Source: Trichoplax adhaerens
Taxonomy: Eukaryota > Animalia > Placozoa
DNA length: 64,000 bases
Reading direction: 5' to 3'
Assembly: GCF_000150275.1 (NCBI RefSeq)
Contig: NW_002060958.1
Location: 1,320,088-1,384,087, forward strand
A model generated the notes under the pieces. It made no database searches. It saw only the letters and a list, made by a program, of their open reading frames with translations, and was not told where the DNA came from. Shown here piece after piece: positions 1 through 13,400 of this stretch (its first letter is position 1; each line of letters begins with the position of its first letter). The position numbers and the translations under genes were made by a program.

Positions 1-673
1 CACCTAGTAAATTTCAATGTGGATTAATTCAATATTATCCGTATAAGTGATTTATGCGTATTACAATATTGAAGAAATATCCTGTTACTAAGCTATAATT
101 ATAAATTATCATGAAATTTTTGGCTATTGTAGGCGGCTGAAAGATAAAAGATTGAAGCGTTCAGAAAATTTTTACAAACATGGTGGTGCAAACTTTTATT
201 AATAGCAGCCTATATGATACAAGTATGTCAATAATATTTTGTCGTTCATAGAGATCTCGACGAAGAATATGATATACGTATCCATTTTTCTGCCATTAGC
301 AATATTATCTTTATTGCAAACGGAAGATGATTGCAAATTTTATAACCTTCAACAAGTTAGCGATAACTGCTGATAAAATACAACTTTGGGATAAGTAGAA
401 ACCTTGATGGTTTTCGATGTCTCAATGACTATTTTCGCAATCATTCAAAATTGCGGTATCATCGATTTCTATACATTTAGATTATGATATACTCGTAGAA
501 CATGTTGCGTTTACGGTATACTGTAATATATAAAATTCAATACATGTTTATGCTATTTATCTAAGCGACGACTCTGTAAACAGATTATTTCTTAACAATT
601 TTCTCTTTAATTTTACTCGACTGCACCTTTTCCTTTTTATATTCTCCACTATTATTATAATTAACAGTCGTAA

Positions 674-1162
674 TGTAGTATTTACTTCTAAATACAGTAT
701 AGTCTATTATAAGTAAAAGTATTAGTTTGCACTAGACTGTAGCATAATTCTAAAACAGTAACTTAACTCTAAATATGCATGATCTATGTTTAACAATTTA
801 CTCTGTGAAAGTATCTTCTACTCTAGGTAACTTATACCGTAGCACTAGCTTAACATACAAGTAACCTATTTTCATAAATCATTCGCGCCTTTAAATAATT
901 TCCTCCCGCTGTGGCCCTAACAATATAAAAGCTATCTTCTTTCGCCTATCGCGTTATGTAGTTCTGGTAGTTACACGGTAAGCTTGCACGCTTTACCGAT
1001 TCTACCCTACTATAGTTGTTCGACTAGTTACATCGTTACTCGCACGATAATCTTACGCGATTATTCTCTTATACTGGCTCAATAAAGGCTACTCTTCCGC
1101 TAACTATTCTATTGCACTTTATTGCGACTAATGCCGAACTCTCAACCTTCTGAAACATCACA
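674..1162 (+). mobile_element. Probable solo LTR (~489 bp)
   Basis: TGTAGTA...CATCACA termini. Flanks CGTAA/CATAA fit a 5-bp TSD with one mismatch. Internal TATAAAA (~924) and AATAAA (1081). Confidence 0.5.
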
Positions 1163-1962
1163 CATAACGTCAGCGCGATTATAGTCACATAATTATAGAA
1201 TTTACGGTTTAAGAAAGTAAAGTATGGCAACCGTAGTTTAATTTTTACCTTCCCAGCAAATCTATATCATAGACTGATATTATTCAGAATTATCTTTTTG
1301 TAACGCCAGTTTCTAAACCAGTAGATCAACCTGAGTTTCATTTAGTGATAGCTTTCCGTGCATAATTATAGCATTGTTAATTATAAGTTATTTAAAATCG
1401 AGTAATTTGTCAAATGATACAATTTATCTTAACCAATAGTACGAACAAAATATGCTGTTCTTGAGTGTTTCAGATTATGTTCGCTAGATTTCGCTAATGC
1501 TTTACATCTCGTGTGTAAGAGCTGAATGCTTTCGAAATCTATTAATATATTTTATTAATCATCACTAGGATATAAAATTTATTGCACCGGTAAAGAAAAA
1601 TAAAGTACAATACTTGATCTAATATGCTGTATCTTTAGATTTAGTTTATCATATTACGATAATAATTACACCTTTACCTACATAATGAAATCTACTTAAC
1701 ATGTACGGTACTTAGCCCTGTAACAAGCACCTCAATTGATCTCAATCATATTATTCATATGCGTAATTCTAAGTTTGATGATATACGGAATCTCATCTAT
1801 TAAGGCGGTAAAAAATATATAAGTATAGTAGCTACCGCGAACAATAGAAATCATTCTCTCTCAGTGATAGATTCAGTTTGTTACGTTTTCAAATTTTAAT
1901 ACTGTAAAGCATAGCCGGAATAGATTATTAAGTAACGAATCAGGACATAAGAATGGTTATTA

Positions 1963-2491
1963 TGTAGTAAATATAAGGTGTAGAATGATGCCATAAATAA
2001 ATATGTATAGAAATGCTGCCAAGAGTAACAGTAGGCTATCTAGCTACAGTTAGGCCATTGGCTGCAGAATGAGTCACGACTGCTCGAGGGGAGATGAGAG
2101 GGAACACCTGGGTGGGGGTGCAAATCTCATACTGAAGCTGAGAAAAGTACAAGGTTTATAGGAAGAACGTAAAGACTGAAAGAGTATGGACAATGCCGGG
2201 GAAGAAAGGATCAAAACATGTTTACCTCGAAGTTCGGACCGGACGTCTATAAAGGCCTGAAGTAGAATTAGGTTAGCCTAGCTCAGCTAGAAGAGAACCG
2301 AGCCCTAGAGTCATATCTACGAGAATAGTACTGTTAGCCTAGCTAACTTATCCGCCATGGCGGTACCTGAAGTATTTTCAATTGCTTATATTGTGATAAA
2401 CCGATTTTAACTTATACGCTCGCTGTCCTTCTATTTTTCGGTAATTACCGAAATGAGAAGTATATGTTGGAATTTGGTTGCTGCAGTTACA
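1963..2491 (+). mobile_element. LTR-like or other repeat element, boundaries uncertain
   Basis: GC-richer block starting TGTAGTA and ending GTTACA, with TATAAA near 2248. TSD is poor (TATTA/TATAG). An alternative boundary is the 10-bp inverted repeat GGTGTAGAAT (1977) / ATTCTACACC (2531). Confidence 0.3.
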
Positions 2492-4491
2492 TATAGTAAT
2501 CCATCATTTAGGATTTTAAATATTCTACACCATTTGCTAGTCATGATAAACACACCATGATATCTCAAATTATACTACTAAAGATTATTTTAGATATTAA
2601 AAGATTTTCTAGTGATCACCGGTTGAAAAGTAATCTTTTATTTCATTTTATGACTGTATACTAACAGATTTATTTGATTATAAATAGATTTATATTCCTG
2701 ACATGAAATTAACATCATGTAATGATCATTTTTTATAGTTAGTGAGATTTATAGTCAATACATTTTTCAACCGTATGAAGTTTATACCTTGAAGATGTAT
2801 TAATTATTAATATTGTTAAATTTAAACAGTTAGGCTGAAATCAATAGCTGTCGTGCATTAGTGCTACTAAAAGTTATCGCAAAACCGATTATTGTAAAAA
2901 TTTCAAATTTTTTAATTTAGTAATTGACTCCACAATGAATACTCAATGTATTATTTGCATATCCAATGTATAATTGTAAAAATATATTCGTGATCCCTTT
3001 GATCACAATTTGATGGTTTAATTTGCAGTAAAATAAATATCGCATACAGTGCATTTAAAATTAGCTGAATAGTTTAATAAAGTTTGAATTTGAGGTTCTT
3101 AACAATATTCGTACTGAATTCGGCAGTAATGAAACGAGATCTGTATTATTTGTCTACCGTTTTGTTAGTAAGATTATATTCAAAACAAGCTATAAAATAC
3201 TAATGCTTCTGTATTTTACTGCTGCTAACAGTATAACTTTAATCAATTTAGCCGTTAACTTTGACCACTACTTTAGATCCACATAAGATGCTATATTGGA
3301 GATAAATCTTTGGTTCCTAGTAGTTCTTCACGAAAAAGTAGATTTAGATAAAGTTTTGGTTCCTAGCAGCTCTTCAAGAAAATTTAGTATTCATCTTTCA
3401 TGCGAGCGTCAATGTTATATGATACTATACTGAAGTAATTCAATTAGTATCGGTTGGATAATAATGACGTTGGAATAACTTTTCATCGTATGGCTCTAAC
3501 ATGTATAGTATAATTCAATTAGCAATTATAACCTTTCCGTCATCATAAAAATACAATGGATTAATTAGGGGGTTACTATTATTCAAGTACATTTATTGAC
3601 TCTATGTTTTATTCACAAATCATTGCGATACTAATTCAATAGCTAATTTAAATTGGCTGCCCATTAGTTACGTAGTCAGCAACGAGTGACTATAATACTA
3701 TTCTAATTATCGCAGCCATCTTGATAGTTTTCTTGACCAATTGCTTTCTAGTTGGGCTAATAAAAAATTGATCATGGCTCGTAAGAGATGTTGAAAAGCC
3801 ATATTAGATGCCTATAATTGATTTTTAATAATCTATAGTACATTTCTATCATAAAGAAAAAGAAAGGTTTTTGAAATACTATTATTAATGAATAAAGAAT
3901 TGGTTTGTGTTGTACTGTATCAGTCGTTGGAAAGAGTTCACCCCTTAGTATCTGCTATGTAACGAGTAATTTGCCGTAATACATAGTCTTTTCAACTCTT
4001 TAATACGAAGAAAAGCGATTTTATGTAGGCGTACTTGACTATATGTATCGTTTGCTTACTTCATACACGCTACAACTGTAGGTGTTACAGTAACACCATC
4101 CGTAGTCAACTATTTGAAAAATTGGATTGCAATAAATCAAGAAGTTTTTATTAATTATGATGTAGCTTTTGAAGGCTGCTTTTAAAGTCCAAATACATGT
4201 TATTTTTACTTAAAAGTAATTTTCATAAGTGCAGATCGTGCTATGGAAACATTTTAATTATATCGATTTTACGGTAACGTCAAATACCATTAAGTTAAAA
4301 CAAAGCCAGCTACCCAATTAATTATCTTGCTCCTTGCTGCTGATAAAGAATCGGAAAGATTGAATTTGCTGTCTCTGAATTGGTATAAGAATGGTTTAAC
4401 TATTTGTTATTTACAGTTAAGATGAAGCCGATAGTGCAACCTTCAATACCTAACTCATTGTTGACGAAATCGTTGAAGACACAAATTTATC

Positions 4492-7400
4492 ATGGATTCT
4501 AGCAATGTTGATGAAGTAGAAAAAGAAAATAAGTCTAATGTCAATAATAAAATGGAATTGGTTGTTCCTAAGCAAATAACGCCACCTACTTCAGCAATCT
4601 TAACCGAAAAGATAACTAATCACGACAAACCGTTAAGTAAAGCTAGTACCAGCATTAGTTATACAGGTAGCCTCACTAAAAGTTCTAGATTATACTCAAA
4701 CTGGACTAAAAAGCGATCCAAGAAAAAGAACAGAGTTCAAGATATTCAAGATATGTTGGACAAAAACATAGGAGTTAGATCAGCTACGGTGGTTCGCAAG
4801 AGTTTTCGAGATATTTACGAGGTTAATGGGATAATACTGTTCCTGACTATTATATTGATCTCTTTTGCTGACTGAATTAGTCATACTCGTAATCAATCTT
4901 CACATGTTCATTTTAGTTTTAATTAACGTGATTGATAGATTAATGTCTAATCTATCTCGAATTAATTATTTGTGATGCACCATCTTGCATTAAAGTCTGT
5001 TTATCAGTAGACAATCAAAATCTGTTTTAACATTGTTAACCTCACGTTAAGTTGATCTAATTCATTCTATTTACTACTATTGCAAGTAAGAGTTTCAGGC
5101 ATAATATAATGGTCTGAAGTCCATTTCAGTCTTATTCGCCCAACAAGAGCGACTTAATTGTATATACAGTTGTAATTGACGGAAGTTTTCCTTATACTAT
5201 CTATGTTTTAAAGTGGGAAATTTATCCTCAATTTTTTACGATAACGAATAATCGGAATAGAAGGTAAAATCTGACACTTTAAATACTGTTTTCAGTCCCA
5301 AACGAAGTTTCCTTGGTATTTATTAAGCTTCATCGCTGAGTATTTCTTTATATATTTTCTTGTTAGCTACGGCGGAAAATAAAAATTTATGTATCGAATT
5401 GACACGTACAGATTCCTCTATATACACTTAACTAGAATTCATGATGTTATATTATGTTACTGTATGAAACCTATGAGCTTTAATAGTCTTACCTACATGC
5501 TAATCCACTGCTAACGTCTATAACTGCCTACTATTTCTGTTCATATACGATAAAAGTCTTAAGATTTGATAAAGGAGTATTATTCTACAATTCTGATCTA
5601 CCATATAGAAATTCTGATGTGATGCTTTGCACTAGAATATTGTACTACGGAAAAGATAGCTAGATGAATTATCTCCTCTTGCTGATATAACGTGGCTAGA
5701 GTAATTTGATTAAAAGCTAGTCTTGCAATATTATAAAGTCTCTCTTTTTGACTTTGATTTAGGTTACTCGACTTGGTCTTGTTCAGGAGCTCATTGAACT
5801 ACTTGAAATTTCTTACTATCGTGATAGAATCAATTATCAAGATAAGGAAAATTGGACTCTGATGCATTATGCTGCTCAATATAATCATGTGTCAGTTATT
5901 CAGACGCTTCTTCAATATGGAGCAGGTAAAATATTTAATTTGACAGAGAAAGGAATAAATCTACTTTCAGTCTGGTTGAGTACTGAACTAGATTTGCTAG
6001 TAATAGAAGAAGAAACTTCCTTGTTACATGTCTATAACTTTAAAATACAACATCAGTGAAATTGTAGACTTATTTCTTTTCTTATGTAGACATTAATTGT
6101 AAAGGAGGTCGCGATTCTTCCAGTCCTTTGCATTTAGCAGCACAATATGATGCAGTTAATGCCACAGCAACGCTTTTACAGTATAATGCCATTATTGATA
6201 TTGAAGATGGAAATAAAAGTACTCCATTACATCGATCTTGTCAACAAGATCATCCTAAAGTGATTAAAGTAGGTTTGGTATTAACAAGATGGAAGTAAGG
6301 TTACGTTAAGTAAATCAGTATATAGCGTTATTTTCAAATATCTTGTGAAATATGCCATTCAGCGGAAAAGATAAGTTAGAAAAAGTCGAGTAGTTAACAA
6401 TTGACATACTGCAAAGGGTTACAATATAAATATATGTTTTCTTAAAATACAGTTAATTTTGATGGAAGCACAGCGCCAAAGTAAAGCAAAACTTATAGTT
6501 AATTATCCCGATTTCGAAAAAATGACTCCATTACACAGAATAGCATTTAATGGAAGTCGAAATTCCTGTCAAGCTCTAGTTAGTAGATATTATCTAATGT
6601 GTTCATAACGATGAAATAATTTAACAATTTATGGTACAAGTTAAACTGTAGAGTTATGATATTGTAATGACGATACTAAAGAATTTGTAATATTGACTTT
6701 GCCTGAAAGTATAGTTAGAATATGGTGCTGATACTCACTCCAAAGATACATCTGGTAAAACAGCAATTCACATCGCAGCTTTATTTAAAAATATTGAAGT
6801 TGCTCAACTCCTAATGGAATACGGTAGTAAAGCTCATAGGATTGAATTATTGACTTCATGCTATGTATAGTAAATTACTATTTTCTATAAATTATTTTAT
6901 CAACTATGTAGAGAAAGCAGGTTAATATGAATTATAAGTTTTAATTTGGGTCGTTTCAAAATATAATTATTATCGTAGTGGGAATTTAAAATTTTATTAT
7001 GCTTAATCTTGCTGCAGTGGATAAATCAGAACAACAAAGTCTTATGAAAGAGCTAGATAATAATGGCTTCACTCCATTTCATATAGCTGTGGCATCAGGA
7101 TGCTTAGAGGTAATAACTTGATAGTCTATGATTTTTCTTGGTTTTGTATAAATTAATAATATAGATTAAAAATTGTGGTTAAGTACATTATCTGCGTAAT
7201 TCGTTAATAATATTTAAAATTTGATTCTTAACAATTTCCAATACTAGCTAACGGAATTATTCTTTAATAATAACACTTTTGTTGAAGATCGAACGGTTAG
7301 TTCATGGTTTCAAATTATTTATATTTAATTTCGAATGATATAGATTACGTAGCATCACGAGTTATTGTTGTAATTGTCGCCCTTGATGTATATATATATA

Positions 7401-10400
7401 TAAATATGACTTGACGTCGAGGTACTCCAGTAAAGGTACAGGAATGAAGTAATACTTGCGTAATCTTTACAAGTTACGTTTATTAACTTCTATCCAAATC
7501 ACATTAGAACTACTCTAGGTAATGTAAGAGGTTATATAACAGTAATGCTCTCTACAATCAATATCTCGAGAACTTAGCTACTTAGAGTATCTCTTAACTC
7601 TTGAACCCTTCGAAAAAGCCTGATTGCACGATATGTACAGTCATAAGTATGTAGCCTTTCGGCTACTGGTTGGTTACAGATAAGTCAGATCACCTGACTG
7701 GATATGGTTCTCTTATGATAATAAGTGCCAATACAGTTATCCTATCTTATGTTGTACAGCAGGACGATTTCCGTGCGTATTCATAACAGTACTTAGTCAA
7801 AGTATAGAACATATACTGTAGATAATACCAAATTACAATAGTTATTCAGAACTTGTGCTATACTAGATTTAAAATCGATCTGTAAAATAAATAATGCAAC
7901 CTTAATAAATCGCATTTAAGGTATTTTGAAGTTAACATTATCTATAAAGAACAAAGCATTTGAAATTAAACTACTCAAACTAACTTATAAATCGATAATA
8001 GGAGGTCAAATATCTCAGTTGATTGATATATTCATATTAGTTCCATCATGCTATCGTTAACTGAATTTACGCATTTTATGTTGTTGTTTTAGAGCCAGAT
8101 GCTAACTCCTATCCATATAGCTGCCAAAAACGGATTTTGCGATATAGCTGAATTACTTATTAAACATCACTGTAACGTCAATGCTACGGATAATTTAGGA
8201 AAGACAGCTCTACACCATGCAGCAACTAGCAATGATAGTAAAATGATAGAAATCATTCTAGAAAATGTAAGTTTACATACACGGTAAAAAAATCAAAAAT
8301 ACTTTCTTGATCAGATACTTAGGGATAATATTCGTATCTTACTCGATATTCTGATGTGATATTTATTATTTATTAAATATTCTTTGTAAGAGCGGAGAAC
8401 TTGAAGCAGTTGATAAAAATGAGATGACTCCGCTGCTGCTCGCGGCCTATCGTGGTCGTAAGAAATCTGTAAAGTATTTATTAGATCATCATGCGAACAT
8501 CTTAGCTCAGGATCTTTGCGGTAGAACAGCTATGCATTTGGTTGCACATCAACAAAATACGGCTATCTTAAAGTTAATTATGGAGGTAATGGTAAAAATT
8601 TCAGCTAGAACATATCATTCTGTATTGATTACAATTATCTATTGCGTTGGTTTAGAGTAACGGTGAACAGTTAATCCATCTTCCTGACAAGAATGGCGTA
8701 ACACCTCTCTTTATTGCAGCAGAGCAGGGTTCCGTTGCAGTACGTAAATGATTTATCATTATAACATATTGACAATAAATCGCTATTTCGATAATATTTT
8801 ACGATATATGATACCTGATGTTAAAGATGTAGATAGAATTCGTTTTAATTAAAGTTACTGTTGTAGATTCACATTTATATAGCATGTTACAGGTGCTGTA
8901 ATCGCTATAAATAAATAAATGATACTATATAAATATTATTTTGATAGTGAATTAGCATATTCCGAAGCTATCTCACGAAGATTTGTCTTAGATGGGAATT
9001 TTATTCTTACATAAAGCTTGGATATTCTACTATTTCTCTAGACACTTAAAGAATTATGGCCAAAATCTCCGAAAGCTGATGTTCAAGATCAGTATAAAAA
9101 TACAATACTCCATGTTGCGGCTAAGAATAACCATCGCGATACGGTTTGGTATATACTAAAATGTATAAGCCAAGATATTAACGCTAGAAATAATTTCGGC
9201 CAAAGACCAATCCATTTGGCCGCTAAATATGGCCATTATAGGATTATCGTTTTATTGAGTAATGCAGGATCAGAACTTAACGATAGGTATGCATTTAGAT
9301 ACTTCTACATTTATTATAGTCTGGAGAATGATGGTTTTAGAACGTCAATATTGCATGTTTAGAATGAACTAGTGCAAACTCCCGTCGCTTTGCTGACGGT
9401 TTACGATAATGTGCTCATTTAACAGATAGTATATTACCATTTGTCGTAGACCTGTCAGAGGTTCAGTAGCTTTATACCGTGTACTTAAATTCAGTTAAAT
9501 ATCAGATACACTAGCTGTAGCTATTGGTTGCTTATTTTTTCACTGTAGTATTTTCTTTTGTCTAAAAATGGTAGGGATAGTTTTTCTCATTCGTCCCTAC
9601 ATTACTGTGTGCAAGGCGGCCATTTAGCTTCGACCAAGTTACTACTTGAAAAAGAAGTCGAAATTAACATTACAGACAAGAACGGTGTAAGCTGGTGTTT
9701 ATTTTGTCAGCTTTAGTAAGATATTCACGTTGTCTAATAATGATTTATCATCATAACGTAATAATTTTCCTTTTACTGTCTATATAAAAAAATTGTATCA
9801 GAATACTCCTTTACATTTGGCTTGTTCTTACGGTTATCCTGATCTTGCGAAACTTCTTCTTGAACATGGAGCCGATCCTACTTTAACTAATTGTTATGGA
9901 CAAAATTGCCTTGATGTATCTATTGATAGCGATCAAGCAGAGATTAGTTCTATAATAATTAAAAGTAAATCGTAAGTATGGAAGTTAATGTATATTCTTA
10001 TGCTACATTATTATAGAATAAACTATCATTACTTTCACAATAGAAAAGGTACCAAGTGAGTAAACTAACAGCAATAGTTTCTGCTTGTTACGGTAGTGAA
10101 TCTACCGTGATGAATGATAACTTACTTAATTTAGACATGTATATGTATCACGTTAAGATAGTTATTAATTTGGATGTGAGCATGAATCACTTGATGACTT
10201 AATATAGCCGATACAAACCTGTTCCTAATACAGGTTGAATTGTACTAAGTATGGTATATGAATTGTCAATAGTAAATTCAATATAAATCCTGCTAATTAT
10301 AGGCTAGGGCAAACATAAAGTTAATCTATAGTAATATTACAAATTTATTGGATTAGACTAGGAATAATTTAATGTATTCACGAAGTCTTAGTGGTCGAAA

Positions 10401-13400
10401 TATATCACACATCGTAAACCAGTTTTATGGCTAGAAAAGCTATTTAAATGATTGATTTTGAATATTAAATTAGACTTGCATTTTCTAGAATAAAGATATA
10501 GTTAGAAGATTCTGAAAGTGCATTTCTCAGTTATTATTACTTAGCTACGGTAATCTAATTAGTTTAGATTAGGCAAGTTTAGTTAAGTAACACTGCTATT
10601 ATTAAGGATTAGATTCTGCATTAGGCTTATAAGAACATACATATAAACAAATGTATGTTTATACTTTTATTACATGAGATGAAATAAAGTATCGTATTAT
10701 GACCTGTTATTTTCAGTGCGGATTATTAGTATGGTATAGTATTAAGAAAGACATAGAAATTACTCTATTTTCTGTATTAATATAGCCGATGATAAAGTTG
10801 ACGGTTATAATAAAATAAGTAATTTCACTATATAGTGGAGAAAAATGTATGGAAAATCGAGAATTTGATGGTTATTCACCTATGAAACGCCTTATTGAGA
10901 AATTACCAACGGTAGCTGAAGTAAGTAATATACTTATGACGATGAAATCGATATTAACATACAAGAATAAAACATGCATCTGATTATTATTATTTAGGAT
11001 GCGCTAAATAAGAGTGTTAAATTCACTACCAGAGCTAGAGATGATTGGAAACAAGTATAGTTTCTATTTTATATAGATTGAACTAAAATGAACAATTGAA
11101 CATGAAAAGTTACCCGCGTTTCGATATACTAAATTATATATTAATTTATTGACTTTGCGATAGGTGGTATTCGATTTCCGCTATCTAGAAGTAGATCCTT
11201 TTGATACACAATTTAAGGAAGCAGAAGAAAAGTATCTAGCTGTAGAGGTAAATATCCAAAATTTTGTAGCAGCATTTAATTGGTAATGGCGTGATACAAG
11301 GCGTATGCAGGCTTACCAGAGATGGAATGATTATAAACCCGTCATTAGGTGTTTTTATTTAATTTAGTTATACAATATTTAGTTTAAATAAACGAAGGCT
11401 AGCATATAATTTATCTGAGATATTTTATTGATAATAAAATAAAATTTAGACAATGCAGCAATATCAACGTAAGAATCTAATGATGCATCCAGTTGTGACA
11501 GCCTATCGACATTTTAAGTGGTACGATATTGGAATAACAATCATTCAGTCGCTAGATAGTACACTACTGAAAATATTTTTAAGTTTAATCCTATTCTTTG
11601 CAGTAAAATTTTACATTTGCATAACTGTCATTGTCGCTATAGAACTTACTTTAGGTTAATCTTATTTCTATTTCTCGTTATTATCTAGGAACGCCTGCAT
11701 GAAACATCTATATTATGCCGGATTACTATTTAGGCTTATTTTTCTAGCCGGAATAGTTATTCCGATCAGCATGAACAACCATGGCTATATTATATTTAGA
11801 ACAACGTACGATAAAGGTGTCACGCGATTAAACTTAACTCCAAGTCAATTAAATTATTACGTAAGATTTGTAGAGATACTCGTAATAGTTGATATCAACA
11901 ATATACATAACTTATATCAGAGATTATCAGGCGTTACTGGTTATTTCTTATAAATGACATTGTAAAGTATGGTAGTTCATAAGTGTCTATAAAACACATC
12001 AGAGAAAGTTAACATAAGACAGTATCATGTATTTATAAAATTTCAGATTAGTCCGTCGATGAGCTCTCGAAATTATATTATTTTTGGCGCTGTTTGCATT
12101 GCTGTTATGGCTCATCTGATACAAATTATAATCTGTGTAAGTATTTTAAAGCATGCAAATATGTTTTAGCATGTAATCTTGCAAACCATGATTTTAACAT
12201 AGAATTTATGTGGAAGGTTAAGCACAAAACAAGAAGGAAATTTAAGCGATTGTTAAATTTTGAGCTATATATAAGAAATCAAGATTGAATTATTATATTT
12301 ATTCTTAAGACATTATTCTATTTTAGCCTAAGGTATTTTTGAAATCAATAGCTGAAGTTATATGGCAACTATTATTTGAAGGGGCTGCTTTATTCTACTG
12401 CCTTCCGTTTGGTACTACTGTGTATCCGGAAAAAGTACAAATAGGAGCATTAACCGTTTTACTAATGATGCTTACATTTCTGAGCAGCTTAAGAAGGTTT
12501 GTTAGTCCACGAAGCTATAGTATCGTATATNNNNNNNNNNNNNNNNNNNNNNNNNNNNNNNNNNNNNNNNNNNNNNNNNNNNNNNNNNNNNNNNNNNNNN
12601 NNNNNNNNNNNNNNNNNNNNNNNNNNNNNNNNNNNNNATTGAATTCTTTCCTAAAAGTTTTATTTCATTATTGAAATGTATGCTTCTTAAAATTATTACT
12701 TTACAGCAGAGGTAACTAGATTTAGATCGATTTATATGCACTTCTACGGTCTAACATGATATTACGGCTTTAGATCAATATATTATCGTTGCAGTATTTC
12801 CAATCGGTAATTTATGAGTAATAATGGACCTAAAAACCATTAATAACTAACAACTTTTGAATTTCAACTCAAATTGGGTTTATGAATATCATAAGTTTAT
12901 TAGAATTTGTAGCAACAATCTAATCACAACTATTTTAAAGATTAGCAAAATGGCAGAACTACTGCTTTTGCTAACCAAACTATCAACTTAAACGAGATTA
13001 CTTACGAATCTAAGAGCAACTTATTCCTAAATCTTCTTACTTTACAATAACTTCACTAAAGTTGAATTGCTGAAGCGCTACACTTATTTAATTGCTACGC
13101 AGAGCAGTTGGTGTTAGGTAGTACCATAATACTAACTTATCACTATAAAGTATTCCAAATAAGACTTGTAATTAATCGCATATGATAAACCAATTATTCT
13201 ATAGATTCTCGAATATTAATAAATTAATAATCGTAATTTAACTACAAATCGCATCTTTCTACAGTAAATGGTATGTAGCTGTAATAAAACACTAAGACAG
13301 GCCAATAATTATAATCTAAATTAGAATCCAGACCAAAACTTCGTAGCTCACACTGTATTCTACCACAACGTAACATAATTTTGTCACAAAACAGCTTTGC

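Noticed and set aside
1-202. Possible last exons of an upstream gene (PSKFQCGLIQYYP|RLKDKRLKRSENFYKHGGANFY*)
   Set aside because: Frame-compatible but short with no recognisable homology; needs the previous window.
4422-4502. 26-aa upstream ORF overlapping the TRPA copy A start
   Set aside because: Not conserved in copy B; cannot be distinguished from chance.
12339-12741. ORFs running through the N gap
   Set aside because: Artefacts of Ns; the real exon ends at ~12497.
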